DNA from: an uncultured delta proteobacterium
GTDB lineage: Bacteria > Myxococcota_A > Polyangia > Polyangiales > Polyangiaceae
DNA length: 64,000 nt
Assembly: GCA_963839305.1 (NCBI GenBank)
Contig: CAWIUL010000011.1
Coordinates: 2,505,561 to 2,569,560 of the forward strand
Direction of reading: 5' to 3'
The position numbers and the translations under genes are program-made. This document shows positions 52,327-62,174 of the stretch, piece by piece. Position 1 is the stretch's first letter; every line of letters starts with the position of its first letter. The notes under the pieces are model-generated. The model saw nothing but the letters and a program-made list of their open reading frames with translations. It searched no databases and was not told the DNA's origin.

Positions 52327-53007
52327 CGCTCGCCGAAAATCGCCGTGCCCACGCGCACGATGGTCGCACCGCTCGCGATGGCAACCTCGTAGTCGTGCGT
52401 CATCCCCATCGAGAGCTCCGGGAGGCGCGTCGGGCCTCCGAGGCGCGAGCGGAGCGCCGCGAGCTCGTCGAACACCCGCTTCGCGACGTCTAGGTCCTCC
52501 GCGTCGAGCGGCGGCATCGTCATGAGGCCGCGAAGGCGCAGGCGCGCGTCGCGCTCTATCGCGTCGAGCAGCTCGGGGAGCTCCTTCGGAGCGACGCCGT
52601 GCTTGGTCGCCTCCTCGCTCAGCTTGACCTCGACGAGCACGGAGAGCGGCGCGCGGCCGGCGCTCTCCGCGCGCTTTCCGAGCTCCGCGGCGAGATCGCG
52701 CGAGTGCACCGCGTGGACGAGGTGCGCCACGCGCGCGACGTATTTCGCCTTGTTGCTCTGCAGGTGGCCGATGAAGTGCCACTCGAGATCCTTCGAAATC
52801 GGAGAGCGCCTTCGCCTTCTCGTCGAGCTCCTGCGCGTAGCTCTCGCCGAACGCGCGCTGACCCGCGGCGTACGCCTCGCGGATCGCGCCCTCGCTCTTC
52901 GTCTTCGACACGGCGACGAGCTTCACGCTCGACGGAGCGCGCCCCGCAGCCTCGGCTGCAGCGGCGATGCGCGCGCGCACGCCCTCGAGCGCCGCGGCGA
53001 TCGTCAC
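52323..53007 (-). CDS. yggS: YggS-family pyridoxal-phosphate homeostasis protein, one +1 frameshift near 52790
   Basis: The N-terminal half (GTG 53007) has LVAVSKTKSEGAIREAYAAGQRAFGE. After ...ALSDFE the true frame continues DLEWHFIGHLQSNKAKYVARVAHLVHAVHS (the 52323..52730 ORF). An extra G in gaaGGatctc breaks it. Confidence 0.75.
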
Positions 53008-53798
53008 GCGCCCCTGCGCTTCTTGGCGTGGACCACCATCACGTCGCTCCGCGTGTCGAACGGGCCGCGCGAGAAGTCCCCGTAGACGTGCTCGATCTCG
53101 AAGCCGTTGTAGTGAAGGAGCGCCTCCCACTCCTGCGGAAAGAACTGCCGGTGAGCGAGCGGGACCATGAAGGCGTCGCGTGGCGCGCGCTCGGGCGTCA
53201 TCTCCATCGTGACGAACAAGATCTGTCGCGCGCGGTCGTAGTCGAAGCGCTCCTGATAACGAACGACGCCCGCGCTCGGATGGCGAAAGCGCGGCGCGCG
53301 GTGGGGCACGTTCGGATCGCGCGCGAGGTCTTCGGGCACGGGCACCGAGAGATCCATCACGAAGCGTCCGCCCGGCGCGAGGTGCCCGCGGACGCGCGCG
53401 AGGAAGCGCTCGACGTCGGGCCGCGTGTAGAGGTGAAGGAGCACGTTGAACGGCGCCGTCACGAGCGAGAAGCGCCGACGTAGATCGAGCCGTCGCATGT
53501 CGCCGAAGCGCGCCTCGACGCGACGACGAACCTCTTCGGGCTCGTCCGCGAGGCGACGCGCGAGATCGCGCAGCATGGGCCGCGAGTGATCGACGCCGAC
53601 GACCGAGCCTCCCTCACGCGCGATGGGGATCGCGACGCGACCGTTGCCGACGCCGTACTCGAGCACGGGCCCGCGGGCGCGGCGCGCGACGTCGACGTAA
53701 TAGACGACGTCGGCCGTGCGGCGCGCGTAGGTCTGCGCGTAGTACGCGGGGTCTTCGAAATGTGCGAGCGCGCCAGCGCGCAGCTCGTGGTCGACCAT
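53004..53798 (-). CDS. Class I SAM-dependent methyltransferase
   Basis: Motif I is VLEYGVGNGRVAIPIA. Motif post-I is VVGVDHS. Confidence 0.65.
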   Translation of the reverse strand: MVDHELRAGALAHFEDPAYYAQTYARRTADVVYYVDVARRARGPVLEYGVGNGRVAIPIAREGGSVVGVDHSRPMLRDLARRLADEPEEVRRRVEARFGDMRRLDLRRRFSLVTAPFNVLLHLYTRPDVERFLARVRGHLAPGGRFVMDLSVPVPEDLARDPNVPHRAPRFRHPSAGVVRYQERFDYDRARQILFVTMEMTPERAPRDAFMVPLAHRQFFPQEWEALLHYNGFEIEHVYGDFSRGPFDTRSDVMVVHAKKRRGA

Positions 53799-53810
53799 TT
53801 CGCGAGCGGC

Positions 53811-54053
53811 TTACATCAGCCCGAGGCTGTGCTGCTTATCGATCCACTCGGAGACCGCGTCGTTGCTCGGGCGGTCGTAGTGGACGTGACCGGCGGCGAT
53901 TTCGCGCAGCGCGGTGACGGCCGCTTTGTTCTTCGAGTGAACGAGCGCCACGCCACCCTTCATGAGCTGGCGGGTGCGGTGAGCGGCAAGGATAACGAGG
54001 GCGAAGCGGTTCTCTTCGCGCTCGAGGCAGTCTTCGACGGTGACACGTGCCAT
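53811..54053 (-). CDS. rpoZ: DNA-directed RNA polymerase subunit omega
   Basis: ATG at 54053. [30 protein letters not shown] matches the RpoZ signature. Confidence 0.85.
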   Translation of the reverse strand: MARVTVEDCLEREENRFALVILAAHRTRQLMKGGVALVHSKNKAAVTALREIAAGHVHYDRPSNDAVSEWIDKQHSLGLM

Positions 54054-54066
54054 GGGGTCGGACCGT

Positions 54067-55032
54067 TTAGCATCCGCGCCGGGTGACCGCAAGGCGGCGA
54101 CGTTTTCGGCCGATCAGGGCCAAGAAGACGAGGGCGGCAGGAACGTAGCTCGAGCGCGTGGTTCCAGCCGAGGAGCAACCGGAAGTTTGCGGGTAGGAGT
54201 CGGGGCCGCCGTCGGGCGCCGGGTTTTCGACCGCTCCGTCGGCGACGTGGGCCGAGGCCTCGGCCGAGGCGTCTTTTGTGCTCGTTCCCGCGTCTTTTGG
54301 CGGGGTTCCGGCGTCGGGCGCGGTCTGGGTGCACGTCGCGCCTTTCGCAAACCCGCCGACGGGCGACTTCACGAGGCGCTTCTCCGTGTCGGGTCCGTAG
54401 GAGCCGTCTTCGGCGATTGGGTCGTTGGGATTGTTCTCGTTCCAGAGCTTCTGGAAGGCGAGCACCGAGAGCGAGCGGAGGTCGATGCCGCCCGCGACGT
54501 AGTCGAAGTGGACGGGATCCGACGAGCCGAGCCACTTCCACCCGTGCGCGGTGAAGTACGAGTCCCACCCGGCGTTGTCCTCGACGTCGACGGCGAGGCC
54601 CGACTCGTGGTTGCTGTTTCCGGGCGAGGCCGCGAGGCCGATGCCGCACCGCCCCTGGAGGTACCACTCGTAGAGGAGGTACTGCTGCGGGAGCGTGCGG
54701 AGCGCGGAGTTGATCGTGAGCGTCGTGCCGCGCGCGGCGACGGTCTTCGCGAGCGCGCTCGCGGCGGGCGTCTGCAGATACGGAAAGACCGCGGACCCGA
54801 TCGACGTGTTCTTGATCGTCGCGATCGACGTGAGCGTACCTGGCTTGAGGCAATCGATTTCGTCGACGAGCTGCTGCGAGAGCCCCTTGACCGACGTCGT
54901 CGTGCAGCTCTGCGAGACCGCGACGGACACGGGGTCGGTCGCGGAGAGCTCCGCCTCGGACGACTCGGCGGCTTCGGGAGGAGCGGAGCACGCGAGCGCG
55001 AGGAGCGGAACGAGGGCGAGGACGCGGCGCAC
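54067..55032 (-). CDS. Peptidase M15 (D-Ala-D-Ala carboxypeptidase/VanY-like) lipoprotein with MYXO-CTERM sorting signal
   Basis: GTG at 55032 gives [15 protein letters not shown]. Zn-binding core [12 protein letters not shown]-terminus [29 protein letters not shown]. Confidence 0.7.
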   Translation of the reverse strand: MRRVLALVPLLALACSAPPEAAESSEAELSATDPVSVAVSQSCTTTSVKGLSQQLVDEIDCLKPGTLTSIATIKNTSIGSAVFPYLQTPAASALAKTVAARGTTLTINSALRTLPQQYLLYEWYLQGRCGIGLAASPGNSNHESGLAVDVEDNAGWDSYFTAHGWKWLGSSDPVHFDYVAGGIDLRSLSVLAFQKLWNENNPNDPIAEDGSYGPDTEKRLVKSPVGGFAKGATCTQTAPDAGTPPKDAGTSTKDASAEASAHVADGAVENPAPDGGPDSYPQTSGCSSAGTTRSSYVPAALVFLALIGRKRRRLAVTRRGC

Positions 55033-55115
55033 GCGAGGCAATGTGCACGCGCCGTGCCCGCAGAAAACAGCTGGAAATGTCGCGCGACCTCGCGCGCTCT
55101 CGCGAGGGCTCGCGA

Positions 55116-55736
55116 TCAGGTCGCGTCGAGATCGTCGAGGTGCGCGATGTCGTTGTACGTGACGAGGTGCGATTTTCCAGTCTCGACGTCGAATCGCAGC
55201 GTCGTGAGCGCGGTGTTGTGCATTCCGGCGAGCGGCGAAATCCAGGACGGCGGGAGGCCGAGCGTCACGCAGACCGCGCTCCGCAGCGCGGCGCCGTGCG
55301 AGACGACGAGCAGGCGACGATCCACGCGCTCGCGCGCGATCCGCTCGAGCGCCGCGCTGACGCGATTCGCGAGCGCGACGTACGTCTCGCCGCCGCCGCG
55401 CGGCACGTCGAGCCCCGTGTGCCACGCCGCCCACTCCTCGGGGAAGCGCCGCGCGACCTCGTCGTACGCGAGCCCCGTCCACGCGCCCACGTCGACCTCG
55501 CGCAGCGTGCGATCGAGCTCGAGGCGCGCTCCGCTCGCACGCGCGACGATTTCCGCGGTTTCGCGCGCACGCGTGAGGTCTGATGAGACGATGAGATCGA
55601 GGCGCTCCGCGAGACGCGCGCCGAGCCGCTCGGCCTGCGCGCGCCCGCGCGCGTTGAGGCTCCCGCCGCCCTGCCCTTGAAAGACCTTCTGCGCGTTGTC
55701 GTCGGTCTCGCCGTGCCGTGCGAGGAGAAGAAGCAT
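55116..55736 (-). CDS. Histidine phosphatase family protein (phosphoglycerate-mutase-like)
   Basis: LLARHGETDDN (catalytic RHG) and LVVSHGAALR. Confidence 0.8.
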   Translation of the reverse strand: MLLLLARHGETDDNAQKVFQGQGGGSLNARGRAQAERLGARLAERLDLIVSSDLTRARETAEIVARASGARLELDRTLREVDVGAWTGLAYDEVARRFPEEWAAWHTGLDVPRGGGETYVALANRVSAALERIARERVDRRLLVVSHGAALRSAVCVTLGLPPSWISPLAGMHNTALTTLRFDVETGKSHLVTYNDIAHLDDLDAT

Positions 55737-55792
55737 GATGGGCGCGTCAGGCTACCGCCTGCCTCGCGCGTCCGCTATTCCATCACTGCATC

Positions 55793-55879
55793 GGAGGAGT
55801 GGCCGAGTGGTCTATGGCACCGGTTTTGAAAACCGGCGAGGGTGCAAGCCCTCCAAGAGTTCGAATCTCTTCTCCTCCG
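55793..55879 (+). tRNA. tRNA-Ser (anticodon TGA), type II with long variable arm
   Basis: GGAGGAG-TG-GCCGAGTGGTCTATGGC-A-CCGGT-TTTGAAA-ACCGG-CGAGGGTGCAAGCCCTCCAAG-AGTTCGAATCTCTT-CTCCTCC-G. The 3' CCA is not encoded (ccc follows). Confidence 0.85.
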
Positions 55880-55905
55880 CCCCACAACTGCACGAGCGCT
55901 GGGAC

Positions 55906-56229
55906 ATGATGGTTGCAGTTGCAACCATGTCGATCGGATTGGGAATGTTCCGGCGCGACGGGCGTTGTTCGGCCGTGGCCCAGCCATCCGTGTCCTCGTA
56001 CGAACCGGAGGTCCTCGACGTGATCCGTGAGGTCGAGCTCGAGTCGCTGCGTGTCGCGCTCCAAACCATCCCGCTCGACGACCCCGACTACGGCACGGCG
56101 TCCCGCGCGCTGATGTACCTCTCATCGTTTCGCGAAGGGGGCGCCGCCGAGGTCGCGGGCCAGTTGCGAAGCATCCTCCGCGCCATTGGCCTCACCGTCC
56201 CGATTTGCCTCCAGGGGAAGCTGCAATGA
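55906..56229 (+). CDS. Small hypothetical protein (107 aa) translationally coupled to the OmpA-like gene
   Basis: MMVAVATMSIGLGMF... to LQGKLQ. The stop overlaps the next ATG (ATGA at 56226..56229). The ORF-track version (55696 start) overlaps the tRNA and is over-extended. Confidence 0.4.
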   Translation: MMVAVATMSIGLGMFRRDGRCSAVAQPSVSSYEPEVLDVIREVELESLRVALQTIPLDDPDYGTASRALMYLSSFREGGAAEVAGQLRSILRAIGLTVPICLQGKLQ

Positions 56230-56751
56230 ACCCGCGCAAAACACTGGGTCTCGATCGTGCTCGCCATCCCGCTCGCGGCGTGTGGCGCCAACAAACCCGC
56301 CGCGACACCGACGGTCGTCACCACGTCGACCGCGAATCACACGAGCACGCGCGATCCCGTCGGGAGCAACCTCACCGTCACCGACGACATCTTTCGCCTC
56401 TGTCATCTGGACGCCGCGAGCGAGGTCGACGCGGCGCCCAAGTTCGCATTCGACGCGACGATGCTCACGCGCGCGGACGCGCAGGTCCTCGACCGGGTCG
56501 CCGCGTGCCTCACCACGGGGCCGCTCGCGAACCGGCACGTGATGCTCACGGGGCGCGCGGACCCACGCGGGACCGAGGAGTACAACATGTCGCTCGGGGC
56601 GAAGCGCGCGCACGCCGTCGCTAGCTATCTCGAGCAACACAAAGTGCCGGGCGCCGACGTCGACGAGACCTCTCGCGGAGCGCTCGACTCGAGCGGCACC
56701 GACGAGCCCACGTGGGCGAAGGATCGACGCGTCGACATCGCCCTCAGGTGA
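56226..56751 (+). CDS. OmpA/Pal-like peptidoglycan-binding lipoprotein, one +1 frameshift near 56240
   Basis: ATG 56226 MNPRK is then out of frame. Removing one A from cgcAAAAcac restores MNPRKHWVSIVLAIPLAACG (lipobox). The C-terminal OmpA_C domain has LTGRADPRGTEEYNMSLGAKRAHAVASYL...RRVDIAL. Confidence 0.7.
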
Positions 56752-56757
56752 CCCCGG

Positions 56758-57114
56758 TCACGGGCGAAGCGCGCGGATCGGCGCGTGGTCGAGCGCGCGG
56801 TCCTTCACGACGAGCGTCGTCACGGGCGCGCGGCTCTCTTGCTGCAAGATGATGTCGTGGCCGATGCAGAGGCCCATCTGCACGACGAGATCGACGCGCG
56901 CCTCGGCGAGCAGCTTGGCCTGCGCGACCGGGTTGCAGATCGCGGCGAAGCGCTCGGGGTGCGCTTTTTCGAGCCCGATCTCGTCTGACAGTAATGGCAG
57001 CCATATCGACCGCAGCGTTGCGACGTCGGCTCTGCGTGTTGGAGCGCGATGTGAGCGAAGGTTCGAGTGCGAAGGACGAATCTTCGCGGCGCCACGTTGG
57101 CTCGAAACATGCAT
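56758..57114 (-). pseudogene. DUF1847-family fragment (C-terminal ~85 aa only)
   Basis: RSIWLPLLSDEIGLEKAHPERFAAICNPVAQAKLLAEARVDLVVQMGLCIGHDIILQQESRAPVTTLVVKDRALDHAP matches the conserved C-terminal half (..CNPIAQA...GLCVGHD...KAPVTTLVVKDR). The Cys-rich N-terminal domain is missing, and the upstream sequence is occupied by the divergent gene. Confidence 0.45.
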
Positions 57115-57556
57115 GCCGCATGCTCTGAAGCGCCTTCGACGCGAGACCGACGAGCTCTACACCGCCGACCAACCCGCCGCGGACGACTTCGAGACGCTGC
57201 GCGGCGAGGGCTTCGAGGTCGTCGTGAACATCTCCACGCCCACCGCGCGAAACTTCGTGCACGACGAGCCTGCGCGCGTGCTCGCGACCGGGATGACGTA
57301 CGTGCACGCGCCAGTGGACTGCTCGCGACTGACGCCGGACCACTACGCGATGGTCAGCGGGGTGCTGCGCTCGTTCAGCGGCAAGAAGGTGCTGCTCCAC
57401 TGCGCTGGCAACGTGAAGGCGTCGGCGTTCGCGCACCTCTTCCGCGTGAAGGAGCTCGGAGAGCCAGCCACGGAGCTACGCGCCGAGCTCCGAGACAACG
57501 ACTGGCACGAGGCGAAGTGGTACGCGTACTTCGACGCGATGGGCGTGCAGGGGTGA
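57113..57556 (+). CDS. DUF442/rhodanese-phosphatase-like small protein
   Basis: MPHALKRL... to MGVQG. Contains a Cys-X5-Lys motif (LLHCAGNVKAS), not the usual CX5R. Confidence 0.4.
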   Translation: MPHALKRLRRETDELYTADQPAADDFETLRGEGFEVVVNISTPTARNFVHDEPARVLATGMTYVHAPVDCSRLTPDHYAMVSGVLRSFSGKKVLLHCAGNVKASAFAHLFRVKELGEPATELRAELRDNDWHEAKWYAYFDAMGVQG

Positions 57557-57558
57557 GG

Positions 57559-57975
57559 TCAGGCGAAGCGCTGCATCACCGGCGCAGGGATCTGCCCGAG
57601 GTGATAGCCGACGACCTTGCCGCCGCGGATCTCGACGGTGCTCGGCGTCGCCATCACGCCGAGCGCGCGCGCGAGATCGGTCTCGCGGAAGACGTCAATC
57701 GCGAAGACGGCGTCGTTGTGCTCGGCGAGGGCCCGCACGCGCGGCGTGATCGCGCGACACGCGCCGCACTGGGGGCTGAAGAAGTAGACGAGGGCGTGGT
57801 CCGCCGCGGCGATTTGCTGCCCGACCTGGCCCGGGAGCGCGGGGAGAGGCTTGCCCTCCATCGCACGCGCGCGGCGCAGCAACGCGAGCTGCATCCCGAC
57901 GACGATGACGACGAAGACCACCACGACGATACCGACGACCGAGAGTCCGCTCATGCCGGTGGGAGCCAGCTGCAC
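57559..57975 (-). CDS. Membrane-anchored thioredoxin-family protein
   Basis: N-terminal TM helix GIVVVVFVVIVVG. CxxC active site FFSPQCGACRAI. Confidence 0.7.
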   Translation of the reverse strand: MQLAPTGMSGLSVVGIVVVVFVVIVVGMQLALLRRARAMEGKPLPALPGQVGQQIAAADHALVYFFSPQCGACRAITPRVRALAEHNDAVFAIDVFRETDLARALGVMATPSTVEIRGGKVVGYHLGQIPAPVMQRFA

Positions 57976-58004
57976 GGCGCGCGGATTCGACCTACGGTGA
58001 CCCC

Positions 58005-59024
58005 ATGACGATCCCCGAAGACGTGCGCGCGGCCGTGCTCGCGCAGGCCCAAGGCGCGATGGCCCTCGACCTCGCGTTCATCGGCGTCAGCTCAGGCGTG
58101 CTCGTGGCGCTCTCGCGCGCTCCGGCGACGTCCGACGGCCTCGCACGCGAGCTGTCGCTCGACGCCGCCTACGTCGCGCGCTACGCGGACGCGGCGTACG
58201 CGTTCGGGCTGCTCGAGGCGGGAGACGGCGGCTTCTCGCTCACGGAGCTCGGACGAGCGTTCCTCCCCGACACGCCCGGCACGCTCATGCCGCTCGCGGT
58301 CGGCGCCGTGCTCGGCGCGCACATGGCGGAGCGCGCGGCGGGCCTCATGCGCACGGGCGAGCGCCCGGGCGAGAGCGTGCTCGCCGAGCGCGCGACCATC
58401 CTCCCGTGGTTCGGGCCGATGCTCGAGGCGACGTTCGCGCCCGTGTTCGAGCGCGAGGTCCTCTCGCGCGTCCCCGCCTTCGCCGAGGTCGCCGCGCGGG
58501 GCGGCCTCGCGGTCGATCTCGGCTGCGGCAACGGCTGGTACCTGCGCGCGCTCGCGCGGCGCTTCCCCGGGCTGCGTGGCGTCGGGCTCGACGGCTTCGA
58601 GGAGAACGTGCGACAGGCCGCGGCGCTCGCGCTCGCGCAGGGGCTCGGCGATCGGCTCGCGTTCCAGCAGGGCGACATCTACGACTTCACGGTGCGCGAG
58701 CCCGTCGATCTCGTCGCGATGAGCCGCGCGCTCCACCACGTTTGGGATCAGAAGGAGCGCGTCTTGTCGACGCTGCGCGACGTGCTGCGACCCGGCGGCT
58801 TCGCCGTCATCTGGGAGCCCGCGTGGCCCGAACGACGCGAGGCGCTGCGCGATCCGCGCCGCCGCCCGATGGCGTTCCAGAACCTCGGCGAGCACGTGCA
58901 GGGCAACCACTTCTTGCGCCCCGACGAGATCGAGGCCGCGTTCCGCGCCGTCGGCATGAAGGCGTCGACCTACGCGTTCGCAGACGGCGCCGAGGCCGTC
59001 GTCGTCGCCGAGAAGCCGCGCTGA
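58005..59024 (+). CDS. Class I SAM-dependent O-methyltransferase (N-terminal dimerisation/wHTH domain)
   Basis: AVDLGCGNGWY motif I. DLVAMSRALHHV. 339 aa. Confidence 0.65.
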   Translation: MTIPEDVRAAVLAQAQGAMALDLAFIGVSSGVLVALSRAPATSDGLARELSLDAAYVARYADAAYAFGLLEAGDGGFSLTELGRAFLPDTPGTLMPLAVGAVLGAHMAERAAGLMRTGERPGESVLAERATILPWFGPMLEATFAPVFEREVLSRVPAFAEVAARGGLAVDLGCGNGWYLRALARRFPGLRGVGLDGFEENVRQAAALALAQGLGDRLAFQQGDIYDFTVREPVDLVAMSRALHHVWDQKERVLSTLRDVLRPGGFAVIWEPAWPERREALRDPRRRPMAFQNLGEHVQGNHFLRPDEIEAAFRAVGMKASTYAFADGAEAVVVAEKPR

Positions 59025-59704
59025 GCGTCGGGCCCCGTGAGGCGCCCGTCCTCCATGTGGAAGGTCGCGTCGAACACGTCCAGCGCGCGCGTGTCGTGCG
59101 TCACGACGAGGACCGCCGTGCCCTGCTCGTGCGCGACGCGACGCAAGAGCTCCATCACCGCGCGGCCTCGCTCGCGATCGAGCGCCGCGGTCGGCTCGTC
59201 CGCCAAGACCAACGACGGCCCGTTCGCGAGCGCGCGCGCGATCGCCACGCGCTGCTGCTCGCCGCCGGACATCGTGTTCGGATACGAGCCCGCGCGGTGC
59301 CCCACGCCGAGGTAGCCGAGGAGCTCGTCGGCGCGCGCGCGCGGCTCGTAGCGCCTGCCGATCTCGCAGGCGATCTCCACGTTCCGTCGAGCGTCGAGGA
59401 ACGGGATGAGGTTCGGCTTCTGAAACACGAACCCGATGTGCGAGCGGCGCAGCGCGGGAACGTCGGCCACGGGTAGCCCGTCGGTGACCACGCGCGCGCC
59501 ACTCATGTAGACGTCGCCGCCGTCGGCCGGCGTGACGAGGCCGAGCACCTTGATGAGGGTGGACTTCCCGGCGCCGCTTGGCCCGAGCAGTGCCACGACT
59601 TGCCCACGGCGAAGCTCGAGGCTCGCGTCCCGCAGCGCCCACACCTCGGTGTCGCCCGCGCCGTAGCGCTTCTGCAGGTGCTCCGCTTTCAGCGCGACGT
59701 CCAT
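58970..59704 (-). CDS. ABC transporter ATP-binding protein (MacB/LolD-type)
   Basis: Walker A GPSGAGKST. Signature MSGGEQQRVAIARAL. Walker B LVLADEPTAALD. H-loop VTHD. Confidence 0.9.
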   Translation of the reverse strand: MDVALKAEHLQKRYGAGDTEVWALRDASLELRRGQVVALLGPSGAGKSTLIKVLGLVTPADGGDVYMSGARVVTDGLPVADVPALRRSHIGFVFQKPNLIPFLDARRNVEIACEIGRRYEPRARADELLGYLGVGHRAGSYPNTMSGGEQQRVAIARALANGPSLVLADEPTAALDRERGRAVMELLRRVAHEQGTAVLVVTHDTRALDVFDATFHMEDGRLTGPDAQRGFSATTTASAPSANA

Positions 59705-59705
59705 C

Positions 59706-60917
59706 TCACCCCTCCAAGACCGGCCCGGGGTCGACGCGAAGCGCGCGCACGATACCGGCGACGCTCGCGAGCGTGCTCACGACGAACAGCAGCGCGCCGA
59801 CGCCGTAGATCGCGCCGTCGGTGAGCACGACGCGCCTCGGGAAATGAGGGAACGCCTGGCTGCCGATGAGCAGCGCCACGGCGTAGCCGAGCGCCGCCAT
59901 CGCCCACGCCTGCTGGAGCACGAGCCCTGCGACGCGAGGCCACTCGGCGCCGACGAGCTTCAGGACGGCGATGTCGTGCGCGCGCTCGATCGTGAGGTTG
60001 TAGAGCACCGCCGCGAAGAAGAGCGACGACGAGACGACCAAGATGATCGCGAAGACGCCGAGCTGCATGCGCGCTTTGGCGACCATCCCTTGGAGGACGA
60101 GGGCGTCCTCTTCGCCGCGCGACCAGACGCTCACGTCGGGCCACGCGGACAGCGTTCGCCGCACCTCCTCGGCGCGGTACGGCGCCGCCTCGACGCGCAC
60201 GGCGTGGATCGACGGCGTCGCGAGCGCGGGTACGCTCCACCTCGGGTCCGCGAGGAGCTCCTCGAGCGCTGGCTGCGCGCGCCCCAAATCGGTGACGCGA
60301 AGGCGCGCGAGGCGTCGCTCGCGCTCGGCGACGAGCGCGTCGGACGAGTCGTCGGCGAGGATGCGCTGCGAGTCGGACAGCGTACTCACCACGACCGGAT
60401 CTCCTCCCGACGCGAGCAGCTGGCGGGTGAGCCCGACGACGCGATAGTCGTCGCGTCCGAGGCGCACCACCTCGCCCACGGGAAGCCCGAGCGACGCGTC
60501 CGCGACGAGCTCGCCGTGAGCCTGGAGCAGCGTGCGCCCTTGCACGACGTCGAGGCGCTCGCCGCGATCGTCCGGGAACGGGAGCCCGATGAGCGCGAAG
60601 CGCAGCTGCGTGCCATGGTGATCGCGCTGGAGCACCTGCGTCGTGAACGCGCGCGCCGCGCTGACGCCGGGCACCGCGGCGACGCGCGACTCGAGCGTCG
60701 GATCGAGCCGCGACGGATCGGCGAACGGCCCGCGCGTGTCGCGCTGCACCACCCACAGGTCCGCGTGCGTGCGCTCGAGGAGCACCGTGCCGTCGTCGAC
60801 GAGCCCCTGGTAGATGCCCGCCATCGCGAGCACCACCGTGAAGAGGAGGCCGACCACCGCGCTCGTCGCCACGAATCGGCCTTTGTGGTGCAACACGTCG
60901 TGCAGCGCGAGGTTCAT
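59706..60917 (-). CDS. ABC transporter permease (FtsX/MacB-type)
   Basis: N-terminal TM helix, large periplasmic domain, then a C-terminal three-TM FtsX-like region. 403 aa. Its start overlaps the HlyD stop. Confidence 0.8.
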   Translation of the reverse strand: MNLALHDVLHHKGRFVATSAVVGLLFTVVLAMAGIYQGLVDDGTVLLERTHADLWVVQRDTRGPFADPSRLDPTLESRVAAVPGVSAARAFTTQVLQRDHHGTQLRFALIGLPFPDDRGERLDVVQGRTLLQAHGELVADASLGLPVGEVVRLGRDDYRVVGLTRQLLASGGDPVVVSTLSDSQRILADDSSDALVAERERRLARLRVTDLGRAQPALEELLADPRWSVPALATPSIHAVRVEAAPYRAEEVRRTLSAWPDVSVWSRGEEDALVLQGMVAKARMQLGVFAIILVVSSSLFFAAVLYNLTIERAHDIAVLKLVGAEWPRVAGLVLQQAWAMAALGYAVALLIGSQAFPHFPRRVVLTDGAIYGVGALLFVVSTLASVAGIVRALRVDPGPVLEG

Positions 60918-62095
60918 GGCGACGCCCGCCAGCGGCGGCCTTCCGCGAGGACCGCGCCGGGCACTGGCGAGTCGAGCACGGTGTCGCCGGCGCGTAGGCC
61001 GCTCGCGATCTCCAAAAGCTCACGCCCGATCAAGCCCACCTTCACGTCGGCGCGCGACACTCGCCCATCGCGATCGACGAGCGCGTAGTCGCCGCGCGCG
61101 TCGCGTCGAAGGAACGCGACCGGCACGCGCGGCACGCGCGGGCGCCGCTCCAGCTCGATCCACACGTCGGCGCGCTGGCCCATCGCGATCGGGCTCGGCG
61201 GCTTCGCGAGGAGCACGTCGACGAGGACCTCGTGGGTCTGCCGATCCACCTCGCGCCCCACTCGATCCACGGTGCCGCGCAAAGGCTCGCCCGACGCCCC
61301 GAGCAGCGTCACCTGCGCGGGTAGCCCCTCGCGGAGCCCGGGCAGCATCGACTCGTCGATCGCCGCGCGCGCCCAGAGCCGATCGACCGCCACCACGCGA
61401 AGCACGGTCGTGCCCACGACGACCGTGTCACCCGGATCCTTGAAGCGACGAACGACGACGCCGTCGAACGGGCTCACCAACACGGCGCGCGTCGCCGTGG
61501 CGCTCTTCGACTCCGTCGCGCTGCTCGCGACCGCGATCTCCTTCTGCGCCTCGCCTTGCGTCGCGAGCACGCGATCGAGATCCGCCTTCGCGAGCGCCAG
61601 CTGCTGCTCCGCGAGATCGAGATCGCGCGGGCTCACGCTGTTCGAGGCGGCGAGCGTGCGCATGCGCTTCGCCTCCTGCTCGGCGAACACGAGCGACGCC
61701 TGGGCCTTGCGCTCCTCGGCGTCGAGCCGCGCCAGCGCCGCCTTCGCGAGCGGCACGCCCGACGACGCCACGCGCACGTCCGCGACGAGCTGCTCGGGGG
61801 CGAGCCGCGCGACGACCTGGCCGAGCTTGACGCTGTCGCCCTCGTCGACGAGCACGTCGGTCAGCCGCCCCACCAAGTCGAACCCGAGCTCCACCTCGCG
61901 ACGACTCTCAATCGTCGCGCGCCCGTACACCTCGTGGACGACGTCCCCCTCCGCGACGACGAAGCTGCGCGCGGGGACGGGCGCGAGCACCTTGAAGCGG
62001 AGCACGACCGCCGCGATCACCACCAGCGGCGCCACCTTCAAGACGCGCAGCAGCTGCGTCTTTCGTCGTGACGCGGCGGACACCTCGATGGCCAT
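60914..62095 (-). CDS. HlyD-family periplasmic adaptor subunit
   Basis: ATG at 62095 (MAIEVSAASRRKTQLL). Coiled-coil hairpin (LAKAALARLDAEERKAQASLVFAEQEAKRM...LAEQQLALAKADLDRV) flanked by beta-barrel segments. Confidence 0.8.
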   Translation of the reverse strand: MAIEVSAASRRKTQLLRVLKVAPLVVIAAVVLRFKVLAPVPARSFVVAEGDVVHEVYGRATIESRREVELGFDLVGRLTDVLVDEGDSVKLGQVVARLAPEQLVADVRVASSGVPLAKAALARLDAEERKAQASLVFAEQEAKRMRTLAASNSVSPRDLDLAEQQLALAKADLDRVLATQGEAQKEIAVASSATESKSATATRAVLVSPFDGVVVRRFKDPGDTVVVGTTVLRVVAVDRLWARAAIDESMLPGLREGLPAQVTLLGASGEPLRGTVDRVGREVDRQTHEVLVDVLLAKPPSPIAMGQRADVWIELERRPRVPRVPVAFLRRDARGDYALVDRDGRVSRADVKVGLIGRELLEIASGLRAGDTVLDSPVPGAVLAEGRRWRASP

Positions 62096-62174
62096 CGCCG
62101 GTAGGAGCCATTTCGTCCGCGTTGGGGTTCGACGCGCGCGCACCCTTTCGAAAACGTGCTGGCTCACACGAGGT

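Noticed and set aside
56990-57030. Cys motif CGRYGCHYCQ in an alternative frame at the DUF1847 remnant
   Set aside because: It uses the same nucleotides as the conserved WLPLLSDEIGLEK frame and continues into junk, so it is probably coincidental. It could reflect additional frame damage, but this cannot be resolved by eye.
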